Positions 13,492-26,134 are shown, counted from the first letter of the stretch. The stretch: 64,000 nt of DNA from Octopus sinensis (GCF_006345805.1 NC_043021.1:21080001-21144000), one strand, 5' to 3'. Made by a program: numbers and translations. Notes: generated from the letters alone by a model not told the origin.

Positions 13492-13716
13492 AGGCGGCGA
13501 GCTGGCAGAAACGTTAGCCCGCCGGGCGAAATGCGTAACCATATTTTGTCTCGTTACGTTGAGAGTTCAAATTCCGTGCTCCAGCGTTAGGAAGGGCATC
13601 CAGCCATAGAAAAATTGCCAGATCAGACTGGGCCTGGTGCAGCCTTCTGGCTTCCCAGACCCCAGTTGAACCGTCCAACCCATGCTAGCATGGAAAGCGG
13701 ACGGTAAATGATGATG

Positions 13717-13718
<2 letters not shown>
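13492..13718 (+). mobile_element. SINE A head fused to RTE-type 3' tail with (GAT)n end
   Basis: 13492-13577 is an A head up to gttcaaattccg; 13578-13718 is the gcgttaggaagggcatccagcc...catgctagcatggaaagcgg...gatgat tail. Confidence 0.75.
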
Positions 13719-13753
<35 letters not shown>

Positions 13754-13965
13754 GATGTATGTATATAATGTGTGTACATGTCCATCCTTATCTGTCTCTG
13801 TCTTGCACCAATCTGAAATCCAGAGGTGTTTCTCTCATGTCTCTTTATGTCCTATGACTTAGCAGTTTGGCAACTAGATATCGATAAAATACATATGAGA
13901 CTGAAGTAAGTACTAGGATCAATATGATTAACTGTAACTGATGGAATAATAAATATATATGCACG

Positions 13966-14024
<59 letters not shown>

Positions 14025-14172
14025 GTGTGTGTAAATGCATATGTATGTAGATAATATATATATATATATATATATTTAGTCTGTACATATTGTATATATT
14101 TATATATATGTATGTCTACATATATGTATATGTGTATATATGTATATATATATATATATATATATAATACAA

Positions 14173-14590
14173 GAAATAAAAGGTTTAGCAGAATTGCCTT
14201 ACCACATACCGATTCAAAATAGCACAAAGAGTTATTGCTATTTCTTTCTGGCTAAAAAGGCGTTCTCGGTAAAAAAACACACAATTGAAGGCAGAACAAA
14301 CAGGTGAAGAGAAATGAAGAAGTTTTTGGTAAGATAGAATTATTTATATTTAAATATTTAATTCTTTGCTTTCCTCAAAACTCTTCAATTCACCAATACG
14401 TCGTATATAACTATATAATTGTAATGATAGATTGCCGTCAAGTTCATTCTCTCTACCTGTTTGTGTCTGCCTTCCAATTGCTGTTTTTAGCTGAGTCTCC
14501 CTTTTTAGTAAAAGAATCGCTATAACCAGCTTTGGAAGGCTATTTCAAATTCGTAAGTGGAAGGCAATTCGTTGCTAAACCCTTTATTTT
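14173..14590. mobile_element. Foldback/MITE-like element with ~140-bp degenerate inverted arms
   Basis: 14173-14318 aligns by eye with the reverse complement of 14443-14590. Confidence 0.65.
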
Positions 14591-14971
14591 AGTATTTAAT
14601 TTAATTAAATTTTCCTCGAATGAGGCTTTTAAACAACGTCCGAAGCTACTTGGTGGAATTGATAATTATTTCAAATTAATTAATTTCACCCCTTCATTAT
14701 TACGGATAACTATTTATATATATATTATATATATATATATATATATAGGTATGTCTGTACATATATGTTATAATGTGTATTGTCTATATATATATATATA
14801 TATATATTGTATGTCTTTTACATATATGTACTAGTGTATATATTATTATATATATATATTATTAATTTCGTACTATATATTATATACGTGTATATATGTA
14901 TATATATATATATGTATGTCTGTACATATGTGTATATGTATATTTATAATATATATATATGTATGTCTGTA

Positions 14972-15013
<42 letters not shown>

Positions 15014-15720
15014 CTGTACATATATGTATATATATATATATGTATGTCTGTACATATATGTATGTGTGTATATATGTATATGTCTATATACATATATGTA
15101 TGTGTGTGCATATATATATATTTATATATTCTTTAATACCAAGCAGCTGTACAGAATAAGCAAACAAATAGATTAGTACAACTGTTTTTAATAAAAAAAT
15201 TTGAACAATGTTTTTGATTTATTGAAAAAAAATGATTCCCTCACACTCTCTTCACTATTCACACTCTATCTTTCATTATCTTAGTTTCTCTGTCTATCTG
15301 TCTCTGTCTGTCTGTCTGTCTCTTTCTCTGTTATGTATGAAGATAATGAAAATATTCAGTCAATATATACAAATACACCTTTGCATACCCACATACACAT
15401 GCATAAGCATTCACACACAACACACACATATATATATATGTATATACACACGTGCATATAAATATATATGTATGTATATAATCTTACGTTATCAGAGGTA
15501 ACATTACATGAAATTTCTATATACATACATTTATACACATGCACAAACACAAATAAATATGTACACAAAGAATTGTGTGATGTATAGACTAACACAAATA
15601 AATGTACACAAATCTATTCGTATACATATATAAATATACAGAAATAATTATAGTGCATTGTACTGAATAATGTAGCAAAGAAAATTTCACAACAAATAGA
15701 AATTGTCCCCTTAATGAGAG

Positions 15721-16127
15721 AAAGGAAACAAAAACCTAGCAGTAATTGGATCTGACTCTAACAAAAAAAAATTGGAGGGGAATTAATTTTAAGAAATTAA
15801 GAATTAAATTCACAAACCCTTTTAGTTAGAAAAGGAACAAAAACCTAGAAGTAATTGTATGTAACTCTTACAAAAAAAAGGGGAGATAATTTTCAGAAAT
15901 TAAGAATTAAATTCATAAACCCTTTTAGTTGGAGAAAAGGAACAAAAACCTAGAAGTAATTGTATGTAGCTCTTACATAAAAAGGGGAGATAATTTTAAG
16001 AAATTAAGAATTAAATTCACAAACCCTTTTAGTTGGAGGAAAGGAACAAAAACCTAGAAGTAATTGTATGTAGCTCTTACATAAAAAGGGGAGATAATTT
16101 TCAGAAATTAAGAATTAAATTCACAAA
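15721..16127. repeat. Minisatellite, ~105-bp unit x ~4
   Basis: aaagg(a)aacaaaaacctag...aagaattaaattca(c/t)aaa starts at 15721, 15831, 15936 and 16040. Confidence 0.9.
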
Positions 16128-16479
16128 ATTAATTTGCAATATACATTTACAAATGTGTGTATGTATATACCTCATGGAGACCCTATCCTGATATCAGTTG
16201 TAGAAATAGATTTAGAAGACAACTATATATGTGTATTTTTTCTTTTGTTTTGTATTTTTTAATAGTTTGTTTATTAGTTGAGCTGTAATATGTCTTTTAG
16301 ACTAGAAGTTGAACAAGATTAAAAAAATAAATTTAGTGTAGAGCGTTTTAACTAAAATATGTCGTTTCATACTATATATGTGTGCACGTGTGTGTGTGTG
16401 TGTAAATTAGTTTGCGTATATGCTTGCTTTTTATAATGTAAAACTATTTTAGATTGATCTCTGTCCTTTATGATGCAGT

Positions 16480-17145
16480 AGGTGCTAATATATATGTATG
16501 TATGTATATATATATATATATGTATGTATATATATATATATGTATATATATGCATGTATATATATATGCATGTATATATGTATGTATGTATATATATATG
16601 TATGTATATATATATATATGTATATATATGTATATGTATATATATATATATGTATGTATGTATATATATGTATATAGTATATATATATAATGTATGTATG
16701 TAAATATATATATATATATGAATATATATATATATGTATGTAAATATATATATATTGTATGTAATATCTATATATATATATATATGTAACGAGAAATCAG
16801 ATATATATAAAATAGAATATTATGTAACTGGTATTTGATATATATAATATGTATGTATGTAAATATATATATATTATATGTATAAATATTTATATATATC
16901 CTATGTATGTAATATATATATATTATATATGTATGTAAATATATATATGTATCTATATATGTATGTAAATATATATATGTATAGATATATGTATAATATA
17001 TATATGTATATATATATGTATGTAAATGATATATATGTATATATATGTATAATATAGATATGTATATATATATGTATGTATATATATGTGTATATATATA
17101 TGTATGTGTATATATATATATATCTATATATATATATATATATGT
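16480..17145. repeat. Complex (TA)n/(TATG)n microsatellite
   Basis: Directly visible. Confidence 0.95.
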
Positions 17146-17606
17146 CTTGCTTTAAAATATTTGAATTTTTTTTCCATATTTATGTTGGGAGCTTTGTAAG
17201 TTCTGCTTCTTATAGGAAGTAGCTAAGTGCAATCTTGTTCTTTTCTCTGTTATTTATGATCATTTTATTTGTTTTGTGTTTTGTGTTGCTTGGAGACTCT
17301 GTTGTGTGTTAGCTAAAACTATAGCTATTCTTTTGGTATGTGATTATACAAAAATTCGAAACATCGTCTGGCAGCTAAATCCAGAAGGAAGAAACACACG
17401 GGAAGGTGGTGGAACACATATTTTATATATATTTTGGATCTATTGTGTTTGAAAAAACTTAAGAAAAATGAAAGCTAAAAAAAAAAAAGAAAGAAAAGAA
17501 ACAAACAAAAACAATCAACTACATGCAGATTTATTAATTTTATCTTTATAACAAACAAAAAAGAAGCATAAATCTGTACCCATCTTTATAAAATGGAGCT
17601 TTGTTA

Positions 17607-17639
<33 letters not shown>

Positions 17640-18129
17640 GTTATTGTTATTATTATTATTGTTATTGTTATTATTTGTTTATTTAATTATTTGTTCAGAG
17701 TGATGGAGTGACAGAATCAGTAGTGGGGGTGGGGTGGGGGTCTATAAAATTTTTTTCGGTGGGGTGAGGTGGGGTGGACTTTACATTCTGCATTTGAATC
17801 CCTCTGAGGGTAACCTTTGCCTTTTTTATCTTTTCCAAAGGTTGTTGAATTAAAACATTTAGGTAAATACAATGAACTTACATTCCTATTTGAAAATTTA
17901 TGGCCCTGTTTTCAATGTTCAAAATAATGTTTTTTCTTAATGTAAACCCTTGTGGTTAATAAAGAAATTATTATTATTATTATTATTATATCATATAACA
18001 GTTGATATCATTAAAATATTTGAACTCATTATCATAATTTTGCTTTGCAGTATTATATATATATACATATATATATACTAAAATTGGAATGATTCTGAGG
18101 ATGTTGAGGATAAATGATAATAAAAATAA

Positions 18130-18132
18130 GAA

Positions 18133-18170
<38 letters not shown>

Positions 18171-18179
18171 TACTACTAC

Positions 18180-18214
<35 letters not shown>

Positions 18215-18224
18215 TATTACTTAC

Positions 18225-18255
<31 letters not shown>

Positions 18256-18560
18256 TACTATTATTATTATTATTATTATTACTACTATTATTATTATTAT
18301 TATTGTTGTTGTTGTTGTTATTTATTCAAGGCAGTGGTTTGGCAGAAATTCTTAAGAATGTTGGTGAAAAAAAAAAACAAAACTTCCAGCTCTGTAAATT
18401 CTGATTCAAGTCCTGCCGAGGTCAACTTTGCCTCTCATCTCTCTAGGAATCAATAAGTAAAGTACCAGTTAAGTACTGGGGTTGATTTAATTGACTTCAC
18501 CCCCTCCCTTCAAAATCATTGGCTTTGTGCCTAAATTATCATTATTATTATTATTATTAT
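18130..18560 (+). mobile_element. (TTA)n tract followed by a SINE family A copy (18328-18540)
   Basis: ggcagtggtttggcagaa head with A body and TTA tail. Confidence 0.75.
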
Positions 18561-18917
18561 TATTTCAATGGCAGCTGCTTTTTATATTATTGTTATCCAT
18601 TATTTTTTTATTATTACTTATTTATTTTTTGCTATTTCGGACATGTTTTATTGAATAAATGTTGTGAAATAATTTGAAATGAAATATGTTTTGCCACCCA
18701 ACTTCCTCCTCTGTCATTGTTTACGAAATAAACGAATAAAAAAAATGTTAAAAAATTAATTAACCAAAACTATAGTCGTTGGGAGTTTTACTTTTTTTTA
18801 TTTGTTTGTCAAAATGACTTGTTCTGAGAATCGTGTGTTGAAATTAATTGGAATATATACATTAGTTATGATAGTCGTGATAGCTGCACACACACACGTA
18901 TATGTGTATGTATGTAT

Positions 18918-18955
<38 letters not shown>

Positions 18956-19871
18956 TGGTAAAAATGGTAAGATAACAAAAGAAAGAGACCTCAATATTAT
19001 GTAAATAGAGGAAATTCATCTGTAAATTAATGTTACAATTACTCAATAGTCAAGATAAAACTCTGAGTTTCAGATGCTGAAGTGGAAATCCCCAACACCA
19101 TCTCTTCGGTTATCTGGCCTTCTGAAAAAACGCTATGAAAAAATACTGTTATATAAAGGGAAATTACTGTGTGTTATATATATATATATATATGTATGTA
19201 TATATAAATATATATATATATATATGTATATATAAATAAATATATATATATGTATGTATATATAAATAATATATATATATATGTATGTATATATAAATAA
19301 TATATACATACATATATGTACATACCTACATATATATGTATATATACATGCATATATGGGTACAGGACATCAAAAAAACATTGAACACAATGAGAAATGA
19401 AAACATAAAAACAAAAACATAGAAATGAACTTTTTTTTCAAACGACAAAAAAACCCCAGAAACGAGACATACAACATAAAGAATATTCCCCTTCTTCAGT
19501 TGTCCCTGTTTCATCTACTCTGTGTTTCGAAGGGAGGGACAAGATGCGACTTCGTTGAAACAGTCCTTTCCGCAAAGCAATTTAAATAAAATTTGGGATT
19601 TTTTGCGGAGGGGTAAAAGTGGTAACAAGAACAGGACAGTAAGAACAAACGATGAGGGCTGTGAAGCCAAGATAATGGAAAAATTATTCTGAATGCTTAA
19701 GGAGACAATATATACAATGAGAGAGAATCAGCAGATGAGATTCTGTGTATAGAAGCACTCAAATGATTTGATCTTACAATCTAAAACCTTTACTGAGTTC
19801 ATGGAGTAAAGAGTGGCTGTCAGAGGAATCCAGGTGAGCAGAGAAATGAATAAAACTTCTTGGGTTATATA

Positions 19872-20286
19872 CAGAGCTGGATTAACCATTAAGCAAAATA
19901 AGCATATGTTTAGAGCATCAAGAGAAGGAGGGGGCACTGCAGAAATGGTAAATGGTTTATGGCACAAAAGAAATCACTTTAAACTTGATAAAATAATATT
20001 TGGGATACTAAATATAGATGCAAATGTGTTACCTAAGATTAATTTTGTGGATCTGATCAAAATTAGAAAATTCAAAAATGTAGGAGGAAACTTTTCAAAT
20101 ATAAATAAAGTGGAAGTATACAAAAATAAACATTATTTTCCCCTCTTACTGTTTTGTTTTGCTTTGTAAAAATAAAAAATTATTTCATGGTTTGTTATTG
20201 TTTATATTTTGAATTACATAATCTTTTATGGGGGCACTAAAATCTTTTAGATGCTTAGGGCCTCGATGGGTCTTAATCTGGTTCTG
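19872..20286. mobile_element. hAT-type MITE
   Basis: Degenerate TIRs CAGAGCTGGATTAA ... TTAATCTGGTTCTG flanked by an 8-bp TSD (GTTATATA / GTTAAATA, 7/8 match). Confidence 0.65.
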
Positions 20287-20532
20287 GTTAAATATACAAA
20301 ATATACGTATATGTATCCATGTAAATTGAGTGAAAGCAAAGACTGAATATTCAATTGTAAATATGTTGACATTTATATATTAACAGAGCAAACCTATACA
20401 GAATACAACTACACAGAAAATTGAAGGACGGAAAGTAAGGTGTTACAAGTCCAACAGCTGTTTCACTTTCTGGTATATCCTTAAATCCTTAAAATGGTTC
20501 AGCCCGAAGGCTGCGGCCATGCTGGGGCACCA

Positions 20533-20568
<36 letters not shown>

Positions 20569-20606
20569 ATATATAATATATATATATATGCACATATATA
20601 TTTCTT

Positions 20607-20808
20607 TACTACCCACAAGGGGTCAAACACAGAGAGGAGAAACTAGGACAGACAAACGGATTAAGTCGATTACATCGACCCCAGAGCGTAACTGGTACTT
20701 AATTTATCGACCCCGAAAGGATGAAAGGCAAACTCAGAACGTAACAGCAGACGAAATATGGCTACGCATTTCGCCCGGCGTGCTAACGTTTCTGCCAGCT
20801 CACTGCTG
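20607..20808 (-). mobile_element. SINE family A, young subfamily (internal deletion)
   Basis: Reverse complement of the 9775-10004 type. Confidence 0.85.
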
Positions 20809-21134
20809 CATATATGCATTTATATGGTACATACTTACATATGTATGTAAATACATATGCATATATGGGTACAGGACGTCATAGAACGTAAACAACTATA
20901 CTATATTCTTAGACACTATATTTTTATATACCTTGCTTTATTAAATTGTTAAAGAAGACAACAAACCTTAAGGTAAGGCAAACAGGAGTGCACCTAAGGA
21001 CTTATGGACTTATTTCTACAAGATCAGAAAATTGAACTGTGAATTTTTATGCTTCTTTTTTCTTCATCTCCTTATTCCTTTACTCCTGTCCTCTATGTCA
21101 TCATTTCATTAATCTTCACCCTTCTCATTTTCCC

Positions 21135-21283
21135 TATTTGGCTCCTTTCAGTTTCCATCTACCAAATCCACTCACAAGGCATTGGTCGGCCCGGGGCTAT
21201 AGCAGAAGACACTTGCCCAAGATGCCACGCAGTGGGACTGAACCCGGAACCATGTGGTTGGTTAGCAAGCTACTTACCACTAG
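21135..21283 (-). mobile_element. SINE family B 5' half
   Basis: ctttcagtttcc...gggactgaacccggaaccatgtgg...ctacttaccac. Confidence 0.85.
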
Positions 21284-21730
21284 GCTATTAAATTTTTACA
21301 AATTTATTACCAGTGGCCTAGCATGCATAAAAAGTCAATAGACTTTTTAGTTAATAGACATATTATTCAATATAAAATAGTGTATATTTAAAACACAAAG
21401 AGAAATTACCCATAACAGGCAATTTCTACATGCTAGGAGACTGTCAAATTGACTGAAAACCACAGAAAAATTTAATACCCTATATAGATATCTAAGTATT
21501 GATATTAGCTTTTCAAAGTTCGTTTTGGCATTCTTCATATTCTGCTGACTGAAACAACGCTTGCTTAGTGGATTTTGAAAAAATTATAACATATAGAGAT
21601 GAGACATATGCTATCAGTCTCATAATTGTTTATTAGTCTTGGATGGCTCGGTTACTGAAGAGGATTTGCTTGGTAAATTAAATTATTTTATTTTATTTAC
21701 TAAAAAAATCCGATACCTATAGGTATAACG

Positions 21731-22125
21731 GGGTCCTATCAAAAGCAATCATCATCACATTTTGTGGCTGGATTCCCAAGCATGACTAAATGAGACTATG
21801 GATGTCATCCAACTATCTTGTTCATCTACTGCTTGGTCTCTGGCCAGTCATAGGGTAGAGTCCTCAGGCACTTCCTCCATAGGGTCCTATCAAAAGCAAT
21901 CACCATTTCATTTTGTGGCTGGATTCCCAAGCATGACCAACTGAGACTATGGACATTCTCCGACTGTCTCGTTCTCAGCATACCCTTAAGTGCCCTACTG
22001 GTCATGGGGTTATAGTCCTCATGCACCTTCCTCCTACATAGGATCCTATCGGGAAAAACTAACATTAAACTTTCCAATTGGATTCCCAAGCACAACCAAT
22101 TGTGGCTATGGGCATTATCTAAACA
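21731..22125. repeat. Degenerate tandem repeat, ~155-bp period x ~2.5
   Basis: gg(g/a)tcctatc...ggattcccaagca...ctatgg at about 21731, 21882 and 22041. Confidence 0.7.
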
Positions 22126-22319
22126 TCTCATTTGGATAAAACAAAAGAAAACCAAAAAATAGCAAAAAAATAAACCACAACAAAACCGGATGGTCATTGA
22201 TCTTTGGTCTTGTTTGATTAGGATTGACCTGCATCTATCTAAACAATGACTTCATTGATTTCTCAATCAGCCACTTGGGATGAATTCTGCAAGATAGGTC
22301 ATGACCAGTATTGACCTCT

Positions 22320-22327
22320 CATTAAAC

Positions 22328-22360
<33 letters not shown>

Positions 22361-22940
22361 TACATACACACACCCTCACACACACACACACACTAGCACA
22401 TACAAACACACACATACACACACACATTCGCACATTTTCTCATGCATATATGTTCATACTTACACACAATCATGCACACACACACACACCACACACACAC
22501 ACAAACCATTTGCAAACTAATCTGCTGAAGGCATTCACACACACTCACACACGCACACACATCCACATCCTCCTACATATTCATATGCATAAAAACATTC
22601 ACACACACACACACACACACACAAGTATCCGCTTGTGCGTTCAAACTTCCCCCCCCCCACACACACACGCAAATATTCACACATGGAAACATTGACAGTT
22701 CTTTCTACATATCCAAGCACATATCACACACACACACACACACACTCATACACACACATACACACTCACACACACACTCACACACACTCACACACTCACA
22801 CACTCACACTCACACACACTCACACACACTTGTACACACTCACACACACACACTCATACACACTCACACACACGCACACACACACACTCACACACACACA
22901 TACACACTATACACACACACTCACACACACACACACACAC
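22320..22940. repeat. (CA)n-rich low-complexity tract
   Basis: Directly visible. Confidence 0.9.
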
Positions 22941-23039
22941 ATCTGTATTAGTGACTGAGAGCCAAGAAAGACTTTTAAAAGAACTGAGTGCGTATGTGGG
23001 AGGAGTAGGAGTGAGAGGAGAGGAGGAAAGGAAGAAGAC

Positions 23040-23300
23040 GCGAAGAGATTAACTTCATTAATGATGCGTACCAGATTGGGGGCGTGGCTAAGTTCCCTAC
23101 GTCATCATTTACTACGAGCGAGCGGCGGCAGCAAAGCTTAACAACAGTCAAGTCAATTGATGTATTTATCTTACGGGGTTAACCTATTGTTACAACGTGT
23201 CACAGACAACGGATAGAAGCATTAGGTGGAAGGAGTGTGAGGAGGATGGGGAGGAGGAGCATGGAGAGGAAGGTGGGGGGTGAAGTAGTAGCCATGTTGA
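23040..23300. promoter_or_regulatory. Candidate promoter-like CpG-rich patch
   Basis: ATTGG (reverse CCAAT) 23075-23079, GGGGGCGTGGC (Sp/KLF box) 23078-23088, TACGTCAT (CRE-like) 23098-23105 and GCCATGTTG (YY1-like) 23291-23299, in non-repetitive sequence. Confidence 0.4.
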
Positions 23301-23412
23301 TGTGATTATTAAGCTACCTGTAATCAACAACGACTCCCCCGCTATCGCTCTTTTTCTCAGTGTACCTGAGATTTAGACACACACACACACACACACACAT
23401 GTATCTATATAC

Positions 23413-23590
23413 CTATTTCTTTACTACCCACAAGGGGCTAAACACAGAGAGGACAAACAAGGACAGACAAACGGATTAAGTCGATTATATCGACCCCAGT
23501 GCGTAACTGGTACTTATTTAATCGACCCCGAAAGGATGAAAGGCAAAGTCGAACTCGGCGGAATTTGAACTCAGAACGTAGCGGCAGACG
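23413..23590 (-). mobile_element. SINE family A body (head missing)
   Basis: Same unit as the 58.4-kb array. Confidence 0.85.
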
Positions 23591-23810
23591 TAGTAGAAGA
23601 CACTTGCTCAAGGTGTCACACAGCAGGACTGAACCTAGAATTATGTGGTCGGGAACAAACTTCTCACCACGCAGCTACACTTGCACCTATAGATACTAAT
23701 GGTATTAATTATATTTTTTTTATAAAGCTGTAACTTTGTGGGTTTGATGAGTTATTGGATATTTGTTTGGGCTACATTTTGTTCCCATATAAAACCAAGT
23801 TACTATACGA

Positions 23811-24569
23811 ACTTTACTCGTTTCAGTCATTTGACTGCGGCCATGCTGGAGCGCCATCTTTAGTCGAACAAATCGACTCCAGGACTTATTCTTCATAAGC
23901 CTAGTACTTATTCTATCGGTCTCTTTTACAAAACCACTAAGTTACGGGCACATAAACACACCAACATTGGTTGTCAAGCGATGTTGGGGGGACACACACA
24001 GACACACAGACATATACACACACATACATATATATACTTAGAAGGCGGCGAGCTGGCAGAAACGTTAGCACGCCAGGCGAAATGCATAGCCGTATTTCGT
24101 CTGTCGTTACGTTCTGAGTTCAAATTCCGCCTAGGTCGACTTTGCCTTTCATCCTTTCGGGGTCGATAAATTAAGTACCAGTTACGCACTGGGGGTCGAT
24201 GTAAACGACTTAATCCCTTTGTCTGTCCTTGTTTGTCCCCTCTATGTTTAGCCCCTTGTGGGCAATAAAGAAATATATATATACTTACATGGCCTGCTCG
24301 CTTAGCCAGTGGGATGGCGTCATTCGAAGGCTAAAACAATGCGAACGCATTGTGACCAGCGATGTGTAGCAGCATCTGCTGGTCTGGTCGGTCACGTGAT
24401 CACGTGATATATACTAACATATATACGACGGGCTTCTTTCAGTTTCCGTCTACCAAATCCACTCACAAGGCTTTGGTTGGCCCGAGGCTATAGTAGAAGA
24501 CACTTGCCTAAGGTGCCACACAGTGGGACTGAACCCGGAACCATGTGGTTCGTATGCAAGCTACTTACA
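23811..24569 (-). mobile_element. SINE family B interrupted by family A (24043-24272, +) and a family C tail (~24290-24410)
   Basis: B tail 23811-24030 and B head 24420-24569, with nested inserts in the central TA/CA linker. Confidence 0.85.
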
Positions 24570-24585
24570 GTCCAGCAGCATTGGT

Positions 24586-24900
24586 GGAGGCGCAATGGCC
24601 CAGTGGTTAGGGCAGCGGACTCGCGATCATAGGATCGCGGTTTCGATTCCCAGACCGGGCGTTGTGAGTGTTTATTGAGTGAAAACACCTAAAGCTTCAC
24701 GTGGCTCCGGCAGGGGATGGTGGTGATCCCTGCTGTACTCTTTCTCCACAACTTTCTCACATTCTTTCTTCTGTTGGCCTGCTCACTTATCCAGCGGGGT
24801 GGAATCATTTGAAGGTTAAAAAACAATGCAAAGCACATTGTAATCAGCGATGTGTAGCAACATCTGATAGTCTAGTCGGTCACGGTTATCACGGTGATAT
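24586..24900 (+). mobile_element. SINE family C (tRNA-like head GGAGGCGCAATGGCCCAGTGGTTAGG)
   Basis: A-box TGGCCCAGTGG and B-box-like GGTTTCGATTCCC; gtcacg-rich tail; homologous to 27686, 54222 and 63821. Confidence 0.9.
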
Positions 24901-25196
24901 ATATACATATCTATATATACGTCTGCTCAATAAGTAAGTATTAAATAATTTTGTTCATTCATGTTGAAATGTTAGCTGTACTTGAATGACACAGCTTATG
25001 AAAAACAAAAGCAAATAAAGCCTCCATGAAATTAATACAAACACCAATCCAATTATCATTGTTACTTTTGAAGTGATTAATATATGTGGTGGGTGGATAA
25101 AAGATGTGATGCATTATGGGAATTGTGGGTTGTGAATGTTTACACATATGCTGCTGCAGTAGAATTATATTTGGCTCGGAGCACTTGTCAATGTAA

Positions 25197-25610
25197 CTCT
25201 CTTTACTCTTTTACTTGTTTCAGTCATTTGACTGCGGCCATGCTGGAGCACCGCCTTTAGTCGAGCAAATCGACCCTGGGACTTATTCTTTGTAAGCCCA
25301 GTACTTATTCTATCGGTCTCTTTTGCCGAACCGCTAAGTGACGGGGACGTAAACACACCAGCATCAGTTCAAGCAATGCTAGGGAGACAAACACAGACAC
25401 ACAAAACACAACACATATATACATATATATATATATATACATATATACGACAGGCTTCTTTCAGTTTCCGTCTACCAAATCCACTCACAAGGCATTGGTC
25501 GGCCTGGGGCTATAGCAGAAGACACTTGCCCAAGATGCCATGCAGTGGGACTGAACCCAGAACCATGTGGTTGGTTAGCAGCTACTTACCACACAGCCAC
25601 TGCTGTGCAT
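25197..25610 (-). mobile_element. SINE family B full-length copy
   Basis: Head (A-box TGGCTGTGTGG, B-box GGTTCAGTCCC), central TA tract and (AAGAGT)-type tail. Confidence 0.92.
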
Positions 25611-25624
25611 TATATTCTACAAAA

Positions 25625-25784
25625 AGGAGTGGCTGTGTGGTAAGTAGCTTGTTTACCAACCACATGGTCCCGGTTCAGTCCCACTGCGCGACACCCTTGG
25701 GCAAGTGTCTTCTACTATAGCCTCGGGCTGACCAAAGCCTTGTGAGTGGATTTGGTAGACGGAAACTGAAAGAAGCCCGTCGTA

Positions 25785-25817
<33 letters not shown>

Positions 25818-26032
25818 GCGTGTGTGTGTTTGTCCCCCTAGCATTGCTTGACAACCGATGCTGGTGTGTTTATGTCCCCGTTACCTAGCGGTTCGGCAAA
25901 AAGGGACCGATAGAATAAGTACTGGGCTTACAAAAAAAGAATAAGTCCCGGGGTCGAGTTGCTCGATTAAAGGCGGTGCTCCAGCATGGCCGCAGTCAAA
26001 TGACTGAAACAAGTAAAAAGAGTAAAAAGAGT
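25625..26032 (+). mobile_element. SINE family B full-length copy, inverted relative to its neighbour
   Basis: Same consensus on the plus strand. Confidence 0.92.
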
Positions 26033-26134
26033 ATAATAACTGTTTCTGTTATAGGCTCAAAGCTTGAAATTTGGGGGATTTCATGGACCCCAGTGTTCCA
26101 CTGGTACTTAGTTATTTGATTTCAAAAGGATGAA

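Noticed and set aside
19490-19565. CUGAAGA preceded by a 7-bp stem (GGGACAA/TTGTCCC) as a hammerhead on the minus strand
   Set aside because: The GAAA motifs fall inside loop I rather than after stem II, which is topologically incompatible with a hammerhead.
21637-21672. 36-nt AG...GT micro-exon candidate (LDGSVTEEDLL)
   Set aside because: Splice sites are plausible, but such short matches are expected by chance and no partner exons were identified. RNA-seq could rescue it.
24586-24660. tRNA-like sequences at the SINE heads (families A, B, C, E)
   Set aside because: They have A/B boxes but continue into shared multi-copy bodies and tails, and no complete cloverleaf with a 3' acceptor strand and poly-T terminator is evident. 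They are SINE heads, not tRNA genes.
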